Shown piece after piece: positions 23,231-33,983 of a DNA stretch of 64,000 nt (its first letter is position 1; each line of letters begins with the position of its first letter). The stretch comes from Alloascoidea hylecoeti (Eukaryota), in assembly GCA_001600815.1 (NCBI GenBank), contig BCKZ01000008.1, positions 62,001 through 126,000 on the forward strand, given 5' to 3'. Made by a program: the position numbers and the translations under genes. The notes under the pieces are model-generated. The model had not been told where the DNA came from. It worked only from the letters and a program-made list of their open reading frames with translations, and did not search any database.

Positions 23231-23327
23231 ATAGTAGAGATTTCCTCAGCATTTACATAGTTGATAGTTAATAGTTATAGACTTTAATTGGAAATTATAT
23301 GAAAGGTTAAAAAATAAAAAATAAAAA
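23231..23327 (+). mobile_element. Poly(A)-ended retroelement 3' end, copy 2
   Basis: ATAGTAGAGATTTCCTCAGCATTTACATA..TTTAATTGGAAATTATATGAAAGGTT followed by an A-rich tail. Homologous to 20740-20820 (-). Confidence 0.65.
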
Positions 23328-23369
23328 TTCTGATATTAATAAGCGCTGATTGACATTAGTGCTTGTTAA

Positions 23370-23500
23370 AAAACTTTGGCAAAAATTTCAGAAGACCAGG
23401 TAATCTTGATGCAAGATAATGCTCTTATTTACAAAGTTGATGTTATCAACTTATCATGTTTTGATTCAAAGAGGAGGAAGTTGAAATGATGAAATGTCTT
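23370..23500 (+). mobile_element. Tc1/mariner transposase relic
   Basis: Translates LAKISEDQVILMQDNALIYK (Tc1 second-D motif, QDNA), then after a frameshift EEEVEMMKC. Confidence 0.55.
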
Positions 23501-23560
23501 TAAATTAAACATAGTATTTTTTTTACACAGTTGTCGGGATTAATTTTCAAATTATTCAGT

Positions 23561-23708
23561 TCATCACCCCGAAGTGAGTAATTAATTTAAGAAATTTTAT
23601 TAGTAGTATTGTAGTTGAGTACCCTCGGATCGGTCATACCGAAGTAAGTAATTAAGCAAGTTTATTAACATTGAGTACACTCAGGTCGACGTCGGTCATA
23701 CCGAAGTT
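23561..23708 (+). repeat. Three imperfect direct repeats about 60-70 bp apart, core TCGGTCATACCGAAGT
   Basis: CCGAAGT(G/A)AGTAATTAA occurs at about 23568 and 23639. TTGAGTAC..TCGGTCATACCGAAGT occurs at about 23614-23645 and 23671-23707. Confidence 0.7.
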
Positions 23709-24772
23709 TAGACTTCTACAGGTTCTATTATATTTATGTAATTGTCGTTTAGTGTTCATCGTATACTCTTCACAGCGGCCCATAATTAGTGTTTGCTTGG
23801 AACAATATGCACATAATGTTAAACGAGCCGAAACTGTCATAATATAATGAGATAACCATTGTCTCAGATCTGGAAGCTTATCGAGTGTGACTGTGGACCA
23901 GCGTGTGGCACTGTGTGCAATTGAGCGTAATATGCATAATCAACTATCTAATAATAAAAAACTTGATCCAGAATATTAATGGTAAGTTGGTAACTTTAAT
24001 TCAGAACCACCAGAAACTTTCAGTTCACCTTCCAGATAAGATATCTTAGATCATAAAACCACTATATCCTTATTAAACATTATGAATATGTATTAATTAT
24101 ATTTTTCGTTAAAAATACCGAGTCTATGAACACGCAAAGAGAAGTACCAATTGAACCGTACAAGTAGACACCCCCGATTAAATAAAACGATTAATAGACT
24201 TTCCAAACTTGAAAGAATGTTTTACTAATATTATATCGCGATCGGTAGCTAGTCATCAGAAGACTTAAGGTTATCAACACACTTTAGATAAGAAATTGCA
24301 ATATGATTAATTATCATGACGATATGCCCATATACCTATAATTCATTTAAAAAAAAGAATCGCATATTTTGAATATATGTTGATAAAGTCATTCAATTTT
24401 AGAGATCATTAATTAATCTGGCTTTTTCAAGATTTTACTAGCACTAGATCTAGAGATAGTATACGTAGGATAAAAAGCTAACCAATCTAGATATTAATAG
24501 GCCTATATATAATAATAGAAAGCGCTTAGATAAAATATGAGGGAAAAAAATAATTTCATTGAATTATGAAAGTATATCAATGCATCAATTATGATTGCAA
24601 TATTCTATTATCGCGCAATTGTTTGTTCCATGTATAATATTATATATATATGACTATATATCAAAATATATAAAAACTAGAGACATTCCTATTCCTCCGA
24701 GAAATGGAACGTCGTTGACCTGCTTCTCAAAATAACACACTTTTGCACTATTGCTGTAATCATCAGAATATA

Positions 24773-26359
24773 ATGTCAGAATCTAATGTTATAGAAGAAG
24801 ATGTTGCAAATCTTGCGGAACTAGGTTATAAGCAAGAGTTGATAAGAACTTTCTCATTACTATCAATGGTTGGGTTTTGTTTTGCCATTTTAACTTGCTG
24901 GTCTGTTATCGGTGCAACTCTTTCGTCAACTATGAATAATGGAGGTCCAGTAGTATTATTTTGGGGTTTTATAGGCGTTTGCTTTTTTTCAATATTTGTT
25001 GTTTTTTCAATGGCTGATATATGCAGTTCTTATCCAGTGAGTGGGGGTCAATATTCCTGGGTTGCATTATTATCTAGAGATACAAAATGGGGAAGAGGGT
25101 TATCTTATATCACTGGGTGGATTCAACTAGCTGGAATAGTGTGTTTTGGGTCTACGGCATTATACATAGTGGGGATATTTATAGAAGGTATGATTGTATT
25201 TAACAGTAATGATGAATCATTCGTTTATAAAGACTGGCATGTTGTATTATATGCTTGGGCATTATGTTTACTGGATTTAATTTTTAATCTTTTCGTAACA
25301 AAATGGTTACCAATGATAAACAAGGTTGCATTATGGTGCTCGATTGGTGGATTTCTTATAAGTATAATTGTTGTATTGGCCGTTTCTTCCCCAAAACAAA
25401 GTGCTCAATTCGTCTTTACAGAGTACACAAGTACCGGAGGTTGGTCAGATAAAGGAATGGTTATTATACTGGGAGTTCTTCAAAGTTCTTATGTCATGTG
25501 CGGTTATGATTCTCCAGCACATATGAGTGAAGAGCTACAATATGCCAGCAGAGATGCACCTCGAGCAATGGTTTTGAGCGTGATGATTGGCGCAGTCACC
25601 GGAATTTTATTCATTATTGCGTTAATGTTTTCAGTTCAAGATTTAAATGCCGTAGCTTCAACTGTTACTAATGTCTCACTTCTTGAAGTTTACCACCAAG
25701 CCACAAATAATAAAACAGCTTCAATATGCTTGGCATTTCTGGTGGCTTTAAGTACTGCATTTGCTTCTAACTCGTTAATTTCAGAGGCATCAAGATCGAT
25801 TTATGCTTTCGCAAGAGATGGGGCATTTCCACAATTTTTGAACAAATATTTGTGTAGGATCAGCACCACTTTACACGTTCCGGTATATGGTTTACTAATG
25901 ACGGCATTCTTCCAGTGTGTTTTTATTGCTATTTTATTTGGTTCAAGTACTGCATTTTCCACAGTTATGTCAATCGGAACTATTGGTCTATATATCTCAT
26001 ATCTTATACCTATTATTGTAGTAATGTTTAGACGGCCATATCAGAAACATGGATATTACTCATTGAGTAAGATGGTCGGTACAAAAGCCTGTTTTGTTTG
26101 CAATTTACTAGCAGTTATTTACTTAACATTTTGCTGTGTTATGTTTTTCTTTCCAACTATTATCCCTGTCACAGGAAATAATATGAATTATGCTTGTGTT
26201 GCCTTTGGAATAACTTGTATATTTGCAATTACATCATGGATTTTAGGAGGATCAAAAACATATATGAAAGTTTCAAGAAAAACTATTATTTGCATTGGGA
26301 CTGAAGTTGAAGATATCCAATATTCAAGTGATGAAGGAAAACTAGAAAAAGGTTCTTGA
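24773..26359 (+). CDS. APC-superfamily amino acid/choline/GABA permease (Hnm1/Uga4 type)
   Basis: LGYKQELIRTFS, GGPVVLFWG, YPVSGGQYSW, GYDSPAHMSEE and AFARDGAFP motifs, with about 12 hydrophobic segments. First ATG is at 24773 (the track starts at a TTG). GATAAG sites at 24035 and 24287. Confidence 0.9.
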   Translation: MSESNVIEEDVANLAELGYKQELIRTFSLLSMVGFCFAILTCWSVIGATLSSTMNNGGPVVLFWGFIGVCFFSIFVVFSMADICSSYPVSGGQYSWVALLSRDTKWGRGLSYITGWIQLAGIVCFGSTALYIVGIFIEGMIVFNSNDESFVYKDWHVVLYAWALCLLDLIFNLFVTKWLPMINKVALWCSIGGFLISIIVVLAVSSPKQSAQFVFTEYTSTGGWSDKGMVIILGVLQSSYVMCGYDSPAHMSEELQYASRDAPRAMVLSVMIGAVTGILFIIALMFSVQDLNAVASTVTNVSLLEVYHQATNNKTASICLAFLVALSTAFASNSLISEASRSIYAFARDGAFPQFLNKYLCRISTTLHVPVYGLLMTAFFQCVFIAILFGSSTAFSTVMSIGTIGLYISYLIPIIVVMFRRPYQKHGYYSLSKMVGTKACFVCNLLAVIYLTFCCVMFFFPTIIPVTGNNMNYACVAFGITCIFAITSWILGGSKTYMKVSRKTIICIGTEVEDIQYSSDEGKLEKGS

Positions 26360-26544
26360 TTTGTGATAATAGAATCTATGTATATACGCATATTCCCTGG
26401 AGTTGTTAAATACTTGACCTCTTTTTTAATTATTATCCGAATATATCTCCAATCCATATCATTCATTTCCAAGACATTCAAATATGCCCATTTCAAGTTG
26501 CGCTCCATATCAGCATATAGTACCTTTTCTCATGCACCAATATT

Positions 26545-26985
26545 TTCCGCATTTGAAAGGCCTTTTCTGAATGAGAACCAAAAGAAAAAAATAATGATTT
26601 AAAATTGATTGAACTAGTCTTCACTGACGAACATTAATTAATGCTTGGTCAGTACAGTCCGTTGAACCTCAAAATGTTTATTAAATAAAGAAGTCTGGGT
26701 ATGTATATTTTATGGTATGGACTGGAATTTGGAATTGTGAATGTGCTTCATTATAGACTGGTAGCAGCGGTTTACGATGTTAATGGCGCTAACACTAAAT
26801 ACTAAACTTAATATGTCATTTTATATAGACAAATAGGATCTTTTAAATTTACCGAACTTTATGTTTGTGTAATTTTTTTTTAAGAGCAGTTGGAGATCTC
26901 ATAGCCTTGTACACTAACCCGAAAAGTAAGATGCTGTACCCAGTAATTCAAAAATATTTCAGCACCCCTCACTGAAAATATGACT
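26545..26985 (+). mobile_element. Tc1/mariner transposase relic
   Basis: Ordered decayed motifs: RPFLNENQKKK, LVFTDE (26614), KSGYVYFMVWTGIW, then PSNS..PLTEN. Shares nucleotide similarity with 47300-47565. Confidence 0.65.
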
Positions 26986-27679
26986 ACACAATCAAAATTA
27001 CTTTAATTACATTTCAAAGACGACAAAAGGTATAATGGAAAATCTAAATCTTATCATTTCAGATGAGAGTTTGCGATTTTCTGTGTCAAATGTTTCGGCC
27101 CTGTTTCTTAACTATTCAATATCTAGGCGCTCAGATTTTGCAGCCATACATATAGTGAAGACGTATGAGGTCACTTTTGCAAATCTGAATTCAAATTCGA
27201 AGAGTATACATATTACATAATAAAATTTACCTCTCCAATTATTTAGATGAGTGAATGCATTAGCATATTCATACTGGTATATTTCCTTATAGCGTAGTAT
27301 CTTTACCGTTGCATGCATATTTTTTAGGGACGCAAAAAAAGTTTTTTGTAGTGTAAGTTGAAGTTTGTGGAACACACCATGAAAAAGAAGTAGAACTTCA
27401 GATATAGGTAAATAGGAAGAGATTTCCCAGATTTTTGTGAATGATTAGCACTATTATTATTTTTATTTCTGTAGTAAGCTATTAAAATCTACAATAGCTG
27501 ATACCCTAATATAATTATAATGAAAATTTGATAAAATATTATTTTAACAATTAACATTTAATTTACAACCTCCCAATTGAGGAATTGATATAAAAGTTTA
27601 TAACTATTCCCCTCCAAATTTTCCACCAATAAATAAAATCATAAACCATTCTTTTTTATATATATTCGAACAGTCGATA

Positions 27680-29785
27680 CTAATTAGACTTTCTCACACA
27701 TTTGTCTAATAGTTTTTGATTCACTTTTCCAAAGCCTTGATCAATATCCATCAGCAATCTCAAAGCGTTTCTACTCTTTAAATATTTCAATCCTTGTTGA
27801 CCTTGGCCATAAATACCAACACCAGCGCGTTTCAACTCATCATCAAGATCTTGAGAAGTTGGGTTTAAATACATTTCTTCTGTCTTGGGGTGACCAGGTA
27901 ATGGGAACCAGGAATGTAATACTTCATATGCTGCTAAAGTGAAACCAAATTGAGGTGATGATCTTAAAATTCTTGCAATACCACCTTTAAAAAATGCTTT
28001 GAATCCTTCTTCTTTCCAAATAGTTCCTGCTGCATGTCGAAGCCCCACGTAATTTGTTTGACCTTTTCTTGATTCAACCTGAAGACGAGTTTTAACAACA
28101 TCACATGGAGTTGTCAAGTAAGCAGCTGGTATACCAGCAATAGCACCAGCGATAAGTAATTGCCATGCTCTAAGTTCTTTACCAGGGCCTTCTCCGAAGT
28201 AATCTTTCTTTAAGTGGGAATAAGTTGGGAAGTAAATGGCAGAAAACGGCACATCACGAAGCAAACAAGCCGATGCTCCTTTATAAAGACCCAGTAGTCC
28301 AAGGGATTTTACAACTGATATTGCGCCACGTCTCAAAAGAGTAGGATCAGTTTTCATTAATTCTCCTTGCACCTGAAGTCTAATTTTAACGATTTCCAAA
28401 GGGTTGGTAAAGATCACTTGACAAGCGCCAGCACAGCCACCAGCGACAAGTTCCCAAGGAACGGGAACTTTTCCATTTTTATCAGCAGTTTTACCTCTAA
28501 TTAAGTCATTAATAGTTAATTTAATTGCTTTTTCGGGTGCAACACCTACCAACTGAGGGCCTAATCCGGAATATAAACCAAAAAATCCTTCTCTTGATAA
28601 AACCTTTTTAAAGCAATCCCAAGAATTTTTATATAGTATTTGACCAGGGGTTGTTGTTCTTTGGTTTTGCATTCTTGTTTTAACTAAATCAATAGGGTAA
28701 ACCATAGTTGCACCAAAAATACCAGCTACAGCACCTAGACCAAAGTTATAAGCAGATTCAAAGACATCTGATAAGAAGCCTTTTGGATCCTTTGTGATAT
28801 TCTTAGCGGATTCTATCTTACGTAATTCCGATAATTTATAACGCGTTGCTGGATCCTGATAAGATGGATCAATAACTTTCTTAAAATCATCAAGGTGTAA
28901 TCTATTATCATCTGTTGGTAATTTACCATTAATGCCAGCAAAAAAGAATAATATATCAATTTCAATTGGAGAAAAAATTGCAAATCTCGTCGAACGGGCA
29001 ACTTCATTCATAAATAATTCTTTTGAAATTAAACCATCTTTTGTCTTTTCAGAAGCAGATTTTGCAATATAATCAACTAAATCAGAATGATTTAAAACAT
29101 TAAAAAATGCTCTCGTTATTGAATAACTAATTTCTTTTGATTTTGTTAATTGAGGTAATCTTTTTAAATTTTCTAAAACTTTAGGACTTGCTTTATGTGA
29201 TACAGTTTCATTAACCAATTTTTCAAAATCTTCAACTGAAATTGAACCTGTTTTACCTTTATCGAAATAAATAAATCCTTGTCTGATTCTTTCGCCCAAA
29301 ATACCAGTCATCATTTGAGAAAAATCATTATACGTTAAATTATGAGGTGTTCCATATCTATCTGATCTACCAAAATATAAATGTGCCCATTGAGTATTCC
29401 AATCAAAATTTAAAGAACTACTTTTATTTTCTAAATATTGTGATCTGAATTCTTCAGGGGTCACAATTCCATCTTTATTTTTATCAAAGAATCGAAAAGC
29501 AATTTCAAAGTCAGCATCAGGTAATGACAAGATTCTTTCAAACTCAATCCAATCATCTAAAGTAATATAACCTTTTGAATTTGAGTCAGCAATATTAAGC
29601 AATATAGAAAATGAATCTCTTGGAACACGAGAATAATTAAGTTCTTTCGGTGCAATAGCATCAATAAAATCTTGTGGAGTCATTACTTTTTGCTGATCAT
29701 CATTTGGACCATTTAATGTTTGACTGGCATACTGCTGAAATATTTGGTCCGCTTGGGGAGCTTTCCTCTTAATAGACATAGACAT
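27680..29785 (-). CDS. AGC1: Mitochondrial aspartate/glutamate carrier with N-terminal EF hands (Aralar/citrin family)
   Basis: EF-hand motifs (DSNSKGYIT, DKNKDGIVT, DKGKTGSIS) and three carrier repeats (PIDLVKTRMQ, PLEIVKIRLQ, PCDVVKTRLQ), plus GVAPEKAIK and RSSPQFG. Confidence 0.95.
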   Translation of the reverse strand: MSMSIKRKAPQADQIFQQYASQTLNGPNDDQQKVMTPQDFIDAIAPKELNYSRVPRDSFSILLNIADSNSKGYITLDDWIEFERILSLPDADFEIAFRFFDKNKDGIVTPEEFRSQYLENKSSSLNFDWNTQWAHLYFGRSDRYGTPHNLTYNDFSQMMTGILGERIRQGFIYFDKGKTGSISVEDFEKLVNETVSHKASPKVLENLKRLPQLTKSKEISYSITRAFFNVLNHSDLVDYIAKSASEKTKDGLISKELFMNEVARSTRFAIFSPIEIDILFFFAGINGKLPTDDNRLHLDDFKKVIDPSYQDPATRYKLSELRKIESAKNITKDPKGFLSDVFESAYNFGLGAVAGIFGATMVYPIDLVKTRMQNQRTTTPGQILYKNSWDCFKKVLSREGFFGLYSGLGPQLVGVAPEKAIKLTINDLIRGKTADKNGKVPVPWELVAGGCAGACQVIFTNPLEIVKIRLQVQGELMKTDPTLLRRGAISVVKSLGLLGLYKGASACLLRDVPFSAIYFPTYSHLKKDYFGEGPGKELRAWQLLIAGAIAGIPAAYLTTPCDVVKTRLQVESRKGQTNYVGLRHAAGTIWKEEGFKAFFKGGIARILRSSPQFGFTLAAYEVLHSWFPLPGHPKTEEMYLNPTSQDLDDELKRAGVGIYGQGQQGLKYLKSRNALRLLMDIDQGFGKVNQKLLDKCVRKSN

Positions 29786-32700
29786 TATATGTTAACTGCT
29801 ATGAATGCAATTGTGGTGGAGTTCAAGTAAACAGATAAAAAGACACAATGAAAATTCTAATAAACAAATAAAAGAAGAGGAAGAAAAAACTTGAAGGTTT
29901 CAGTCAATTTATTTTAGATTGTATGATCTATTTTATCAATCATATGATACTAATTATAATATTAATATATGCGTTTATTGTGTCTGCATATTCCATCAGC
30001 ATATTGGAATTCTTGTGCCTTCTTCCATGAAATTAAAAGGAAAACCTCGGGCAATTCAAGGACATTATTTCTAAAAGTTCCAGCTATCTAAGAAATGGTT
30101 CATCTTTTCTTTAGTTCGGAAAAGTTGGGGAACCGAAGGTCTTTCTCTGAAGTAGAGTCACACCAATTGCAATACCATGTTTAAATTTGCAGCTGCAAAT
30201 AATATTCTGATTAGATTATTTTGCATCATAACTATAAAATAGTATTTATGACCATAAGATAAATCTATACTTGAAGGTTATAATTATGAGGATGTAAATT
30301 TTAATCCAAAAGGATATATCAACATTCATTGAAAATTTGAAATTGGTATTGCAGATTTGGAAACACCAAATTCCAAAGTTTTTGATATTTCTAGTGCTGT
30401 CAAGTGCAATGGGATCTATGCATATTTTAATTAACTGCATTTGAAGTTTAAATTTTGGATGAATGGATTGATTATAAACTGCGGGAGCAGTATTGACAAA
30501 TAACCATATTTAATTGCAAGCTTGCAAATAATTGTTGTGAATTTTAGAAACCTTGGGTCTAGGCGGTTATTATAATTTCCTTTTTTAAAACCATTATATT
30601 CACTTATATGGATGATGTCATTACTTGTTGACGATGCTGAGAAGTTATGATATCAAACATTTGTTGCGCGATCGGAATACTTTTTAAGGCATAAACATTA
30701 TATGTAACTAACCCCACCCACACAGCTGAAACCCCACAATTATAAGGCATTCCTTTAACCATAATTACTTTAAGTTTATTAAAATATGTTTGTTAATTTG
30801 TTATTTCCAGAAGATTGAAGACACTATTACAGAATATTATCAATATTAATATTATTAATAGTGCTTCAATTACAATTGGTGTTAATTATAAGCAGACTTC
30901 CGATATCGATGACTTATAGAATTAATAATTAATTGAGAAATTAGCTATAATTATATTAATCGTATCTAAATATTGGAATACCAAATTCAAAGTAGCGCTC
31001 GTCACCGATATCCATCTGCCAGCACTAACACAGCGGGCCTCGGGAAAACTGGGTTATAACTTATAATTAAAATCTTATAGATACAGAGATTTTTCACCCA
31101 TTGATAGTGAGATTTTGGGAAATTAACAATCGAAAAATGGAACAACTAATTAATTGGTTTGTCGGAAAATAATTGAAGTTGTCTAGGTATTATTGGTAGT
31201 TCATTGTAAGAGAATAATTTGGCTAATCAATTCCTAGACAAATCGATAATAAATTCTCAAATTAATTAATTTTGAGAGTAATTGCTAAATAATCCCCACG
31301 ATTAACGCTCATTATTTGTTAGCTAGAGCAATCGGTTACTAAGATTCGTTAGTCTAGCGAAGAATCGCCGAATATGCTAAGAAAATAACTATAATAATTA
31401 TAAATACTTGTTTACCGATTTTTATTTGTCACGAATTCGGTGGAACTAAACAATTCAGGTTTCGTGAACTTGCAATTGGTACTCATGAAAGTCCTAAAGA
31501 TATCTTCAGAATTCTATTACGCGAAATATACAGTTGTATATATAAAAGTACAAATGCAGCACAACCTGATTAATTACATAGCTTTAACAAAACATCTATA
31601 TTATTTCTATCTTTCTATTCTTACGTGTGTTGTGTCAATCGCCAAATATAGTCAGGGGCTTAAAAATATCAAATTATTATCTTACAAATAACCAATACTA
31701 CCCTACCTAGGTAACGCTGATTAATTTCTATATAAACTACTAAATAATTTTTAAATATTATTCGATTAAGTACCAAAACGTGAGCTGATTAATTACTGTA
31801 TTTATCGCCAAGGTTTCCCAAAATTTAAAATGAAAATATCCAATGTGTGAAAATCTATGAAATTTCACAAGTAACCTATTTTTTAATATTAATTATAACC
31901 TGATAATTTTTCCGTAGACTTTCCGGAATATATAAAATTCAATTTTATTAATAGTCTTTAATTATTATTTAGTATCGTACAAGTCTGTTATTAACCACGT
32001 ATTAAAAAATGTGAGCCTTCGTCTTGATCAGTTTCTGAACGTCGTCATTTTCCTTTTGCTATATTTTGGTACGACTCTGGGTATTTTTAACATGTATCGT
32101 ACAAATTAGGTTTCACGAGGCATGATTCTTCAAGGTGTCTCTGGACTCACAGTTGGTACGACTTGGTAGGTAGCTCCATATACAAACCCTTGAACCTTTA
32201 AGAAGCAATCTATTCATATAAAAACTCATGATATTATCCATTCAGGTACATTTTCTGAAATATTAAGAATTAGTATCGATAACTAATATGTTTCAATTGC
32301 AAATAGTCATGCTTTCTACCTCACTTTAAATAGAGAGAAATAAACTAGCATACCTATTAAAATTTATTTAATTTGGTTGAAAACATTATACCCCATTTGT
32401 GTTTTCAAGTTTAACTTTTGATATTTAACATCACAATTACAATTGAGGTTAGTTTATAGATTTATAATATTTCAATTCTTAACTCCGTAAATGATTATAA
32501 GTATATCATATTACGTATCGTGATGGTTTAACTTATAATATATTATCCTCCAATTGAGTTTGAATAGAGGACTACATAATCATAATAAAGTACTCTTAAG
32601 ATATCCTCCAAAAATATGATGGTACATGACAATACATGTATTACATGTATAACAATTGCAAGCCATGAATAGAATACCAGACAACGTTAATAGCTTGAGT

Positions 32701-33756
32701 TGTTCTTAAGGTACTCCATAGTATATATATTCTGTAAAGACTGGAGATTCTATTAGACTATTATATACATGTATATATCCTACATGACATATAAGATGAG
32801 ATTTATGGGAAGGAGGTTCCAACTTCCAATACTTTGAGAGAGGCCTGAATAATAAGTTATTAGTTATTGTATCATACAGGAACATGAGACAGCAAGGAAT
32901 TTCTTCAAATGGATCTTCCAGAAGTTTTATGTAGATATGTTTTAGGTTCCCAAACCGCTTTACCGGTATATAACTTATATACCGTAAAGCACCTCTTTTC
33001 CAAATTTCAGTAAGGGCTTCCCTTTATTATAATTATTTTGAGGTTCAAAGGCCTGACTCTCATCAAGCATAAAGTTTTTTTATACTTTTTCAGATTCGGA
33101 CACAACATTCGTCACTAATATGACACCATCTCAAATGTGAGAAGTTGTTTTGCCAAAAAAGTTGTTAGTGTACTTCTTTATCAGTGAACACAGTTGAAGG
33201 TAAAATATAAGCTTTTGGCCTATTTCAACAATTGAGAATCCATGTTTGCCCAGAGTGCAAATTCCAATGCGATTAGCTGGTTGCAAATGGATTATAATTA
33301 TAGAATTGGAATTCCTTGAAGTACCGCTCAGCTGGATTTACAAGCTATTCTATGGTATATTTAAAAAGATGTGTTTTAATGGAGGTAAAAAACAAACGCA
33401 CCTACGACCTCACCGGCTATAATTGTAACTAGGTTCAAGTTGAAATCTTGCAATTGTATTATGATATGAAACTATATGGTCAGTAACTTTTTCAATTAGG
33501 ATTTTATTGTTATAAATAAATAGATTTAGGATTTCATTCATCAACATACGTTCTTTAATTAAATTTGATCATATAATGAATAGAGATAATCCTAGATAGG
33601 ATGGACACGTCAATAAGATACCCATCAAATTAAATTATGATAACAGAAATTTGAAAAAACCGAAAAAAAACATAAAATAAAATATAAAATAAAACAAATG
33701 AAAATGAATCAAATGAATCAAATGAAATTAGAACAAAACAGATGAGAATAAACAAA

Positions 33757-33805
33757 TAAAAATAAAATAAAATAAAATAAAATAAAATAAAATAAAATAA
33801 AATAA
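33757..33805 (+). repeat. (AAAAT)n microsatellite
   Basis: About 10 tandem AAAAT units in the 3' flank of the large transcription factor. Confidence 0.9.
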
Positions 33806-33983
33806 AGATTAATAACAAATGAAGTGAAAAATTTTAAAAACAAACATTTAGAAATTTTAAAAGCCAAAAATAAAGAATTTTTTTATCAACCCTGTATAAT
33901 AATAATAAAAAGGTCCATAACTTCATACTAAATCATAAAACATATACTGATCATTCAAACTCTTCTCCATCAATCTTCCCAAT

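Noticed and set aside
23561..23708. CRISPR-like repeat-spacer reading
   Set aside because: Eukaryotic context, only three degenerate units, the spacers resemble each other, and there are no cas genes.
26688..26736. Shared peptide KEVWV..YG.DWNLE (also at 47318) as a kinase-like pseudogene
   Set aside because: Another frame gives the Tc1 MVWxGIW motif in order with VFTDE and the KP(F/I)L motif, which explains the repeat better.
33100..33420. Fourth Tc1 relic (FQQ.., DL..LW fragments)
   Set aside because: Motifs too degraded to support by eye.
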